A stretch of 64,000 bases of DNA, taken from an uncultured Candidatus Rokubacteria bacterium. Its GTDB lineage: Bacteria > Methylomirabilota > Methylomirabilia > Rokubacteriales > CSP1-6. The first letter of the stretch is position 1. Each line of letters starts with the position of its first letter. Positions 61,814 through 64,000 of the stretch are shown piece after piece. The position numbers and the translations under genes were made by a program. The notes under the pieces were generated by a model, which was given only the letters and a program-made list of their open reading frames with translations, was not told the DNA's origin and did not search any database. Where the stretch lies: the NCBI GenBank assembly GCA_963754315.1, contig CAVWFS010000016.1:143787-207786 (forward strand). Direction: 5' to 3'.

Positions 61814-63420
61814 TGGCGGCGGCCGGCTTGCTGGTGGCTTGGTCCTTCATCGTCCCCATCTTCGAGTCCCCGGACGAACCGCACCACTGGCAGTACGCGC
61901 GGCATCTCCACGACGAGCGTCGGCTCCCGCCCTTCAGCGCCTCGTTCGTGGAGGGAAACTCACCGCCCCTCTATTACGCGATCATCGCACCCGTGGCCGA
62001 GGCTACCGAATCCCCGCCAGGTCTGGTGTGGCACGACGCGTTCGGCAAATTGGTGATCCCTTTTCCTCCGAGATTCTTCCACAACGCCGGTGGGGACCTG
62101 GCGCGGTATTGGCCCCTGCGGCTGGCGCGGCTGATCACGGTGCTTCTCGTGCTCGGCGCCGTGGCCTTCGTGTATCTGACAGGGCGGGAGCTTACAGGCC
62201 GCCCCACGACGGCGCTCCTGGCGGCGGCCCTGGTGGCGTTTCTCCCCCAGTTCACGTTTCGGGGGGCGACCATCAGTAACGACTCGCTGGTGACCACGCT
62301 TGGCGGCGGCCACGACATACTTCATGGTGCGCATCCTGCGTCGTGGCTTCACGTGGCCGGTTGGCATCCTGGCCTCGATGGCTCTGGCGGGTGCTTACCT
62401 GTCGAAGATCAACGCCATCTGTCTTGTCCCCCCGCTGGCACTCACGCTCCTCATGGGACCGGGGCCGTGGCCGGCGCGCCTCGCGGCGGCTCAGCGTCAT
62501 GGGGGTGGCCCTGGCGCTCGTCGCGCCGTGGTCGCTTCGCAACGTTGTCCTCTACGGGGACCCCTTCGCGTCGGAGGCGATGCGCACCGCGGTGGCGGTT
62601 CTTGTTTCGGAGAAGCCACTGACCTCACCTTACTTCTTGACCGTCTTTCCGGCCTGGATAGCGCGATCGTCTGTCGGTGCCTTCGGCTGGCTCAACGTTT
62701 GGCTGCCCCGTTGGGCGTATCTCAGCTACTGGCTACTCGGCGTGGCCGGCCTGGCCGGCGCCGCGTCGGTATGGTTCCGACGCGAGGTCGATCGCCGGAT
62801 CATGTTCGTTCTGGCACTGACGGTGGTCCTTGCTCTCGCCGTCGTCGTTCACATCAATCGCACGTTCGACCAGCCGCAGGGACGCTATCTGTTCCCGGGC
62901 CTCCCGGCCTTCGCCGCCTTGGTCGCGGTTGGCCTCGAGGGTCTTCCTGGTTGCCGGCGGTGGCGCCGAGCCACCGCGGTTGGCATCGCCGGCGGGCTAG
63001 CTATCGCGAACGGTGTCATCCTGACCAGAACCGTGATGCCCGCTTACTATCCTCCCGTGACCGCCGGTCTATCCACCCGATCGGTCGAGCTCAAAGGTGA
63101 TGAGCTGCTGAGCTTCGCCGCCAACCTCCCCGCGCGCGACTTCCGGTTCCTCCAGTTCGAGCTCAGTGGGCACGCGCCCCTAGCAATCGCGGAAGGCAGC
63201 GTGTACATCACCCAGGACGGCCACGGGCGAGACGAGCGCAGAGAGAATTCCGTTTCGCTGGCGTCCTGACGGCGTGCCCCGCCAGGTTACGATCCCGCTC
63301 CTTCGCCAGCGCGCTTGGCAAGGGCACATCGCGGTCATCCGGATCGACCCCTTCGACGGCCGCCTGGAGGCGCCTGTTCGCCTCGACCGTGTCCGACTCC
63401 GTGGGAGTCTCGACCGCTGA
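61807..63420 (+). CDS. GT-C-like membrane protein (DUF2142/PMT-like) with C-terminal soluble domain (apparent frameshifts near 62300, 62485, 63240)
   Basis: PIFESPDEPHHWQY, PPLYY, ISNDSL, RNVVLYGDP, GAFGW, QPQGRYLFP; tail IRIDPFDG. Confidence 0.78.
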
Positions 63421-64000
63421 AGGTGAACGGATCTGATAGACACGAATCACCTCATCTTCAAACTGCGGTCGCGCCCACTTCCCGAAGGCGCCTTCGATGA
63501 ACTCCTGGGTGGGCACGGCGCCCTTCATATCGGTCTGCGTCTTGTGCCAGATGACATACCGATAGCCCAGCCGACTCAGCTCCGCCTGGGCCGCCGCAAA
63601 CGCTCCTGAGTCTGGCCCGCCCTCGATCAGCCTTCTCACCAACGGGATCGGATGCGCCCGATAGGGACGCGACAGATAGCCCCAGGCGATTCCCTTGCCG
63701 TGCGAGAGCTGGTACCACATGTACCGGACATCACCACTGCCCGGCGGCCAGAAGACCGGGAGATCGAGGACGCCATACGTGTCTCGGTCGCGAGCCATTT
63801 CTGTGTGGAAGCGAGACGGAGGGAATAGCTCGGCAGGAGACCATTGCGGCCACCCCCTCGGCCAGCCCTCGACGAGGACGAGCGCGATGGCCACGACCAC
63901 GATGAGCCCGCGCCAGCGTGGAAATCGCGTCTGGAGCCACGTCACCCCGAAGCACGCCAGGACGCCCAGGCCGATGGCACCGACCATCATGAATCTTCCG
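63400..64000 (-). CDS. C-terminal part of a GT-C/YfhO-like membrane protein; 5' end outside window, 3' end uncertain
   Basis: GRFMMV, LVLVEGWP, VLDLPV, YMWYQLSHGKGIAWGYLSR, LGYRYVIWHK. Confidence 0.65.

Noticed and set aside
63208..63420. Long convergent overlap between two membrane protein genes
   Set aside because: The - strand extension is probably read-through from a frameshift; the + strand frame carries the plausible domain.

Overview
GC-rich bacterial chromosomal window with about 55 genes. I found no rRNA, tRNA, CRISPR array, integrase or intact transposase. The mix of TRAP, TTT and LIV transporters, LLM oxidoreductases and many VapBC pairs suggests a soil organism such as Rokubacteria/Methylomirabilota (inference only). 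Many genes carry single-base frameshifts, several in homopolymers and densest at 44-63 kb; these are most likely long-read assembly errors, so genes were reconstructed across them. Layout: (1) 1-21 kb, uptake and catabolism genes (TRAP, TctC, LIV-type ABC with LLM and dienelactone hydrolase, cyclase, amidohydrolase, F420-type nitroreductase, sugar ABC) interleaved with three VapBC modules. (2) 20.9-27.9 kb, sufBCDSUT extended by a CstB-like persulfide dioxygenase-rhodanese. (3) 28-44 kb, a mosaic of Fic, gene relics, an SGNH protein, IorAB, VapBC modules, a Pho-box-preceded phosphatase/phytase-like gene, a TTC38-like TPR protein and an FAD monooxygenase. (4) 44-64 kb, a surface-glycan locus with multi-domain glycosyltransferases, AsnB, DegT aminotransferase, GNAT, a DPM-like GT2-methyltransferase fusion and several GT-C-like membrane proteins. 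The most notable unexplained structure is a series of short 5' gene stubs and diverged duplications in intergenic gaps, consistent with repeated gene insertion or replacement. Also notable are distinct candidate operators upstream of each TA module and the GT-C/SGNH glycosylation system.
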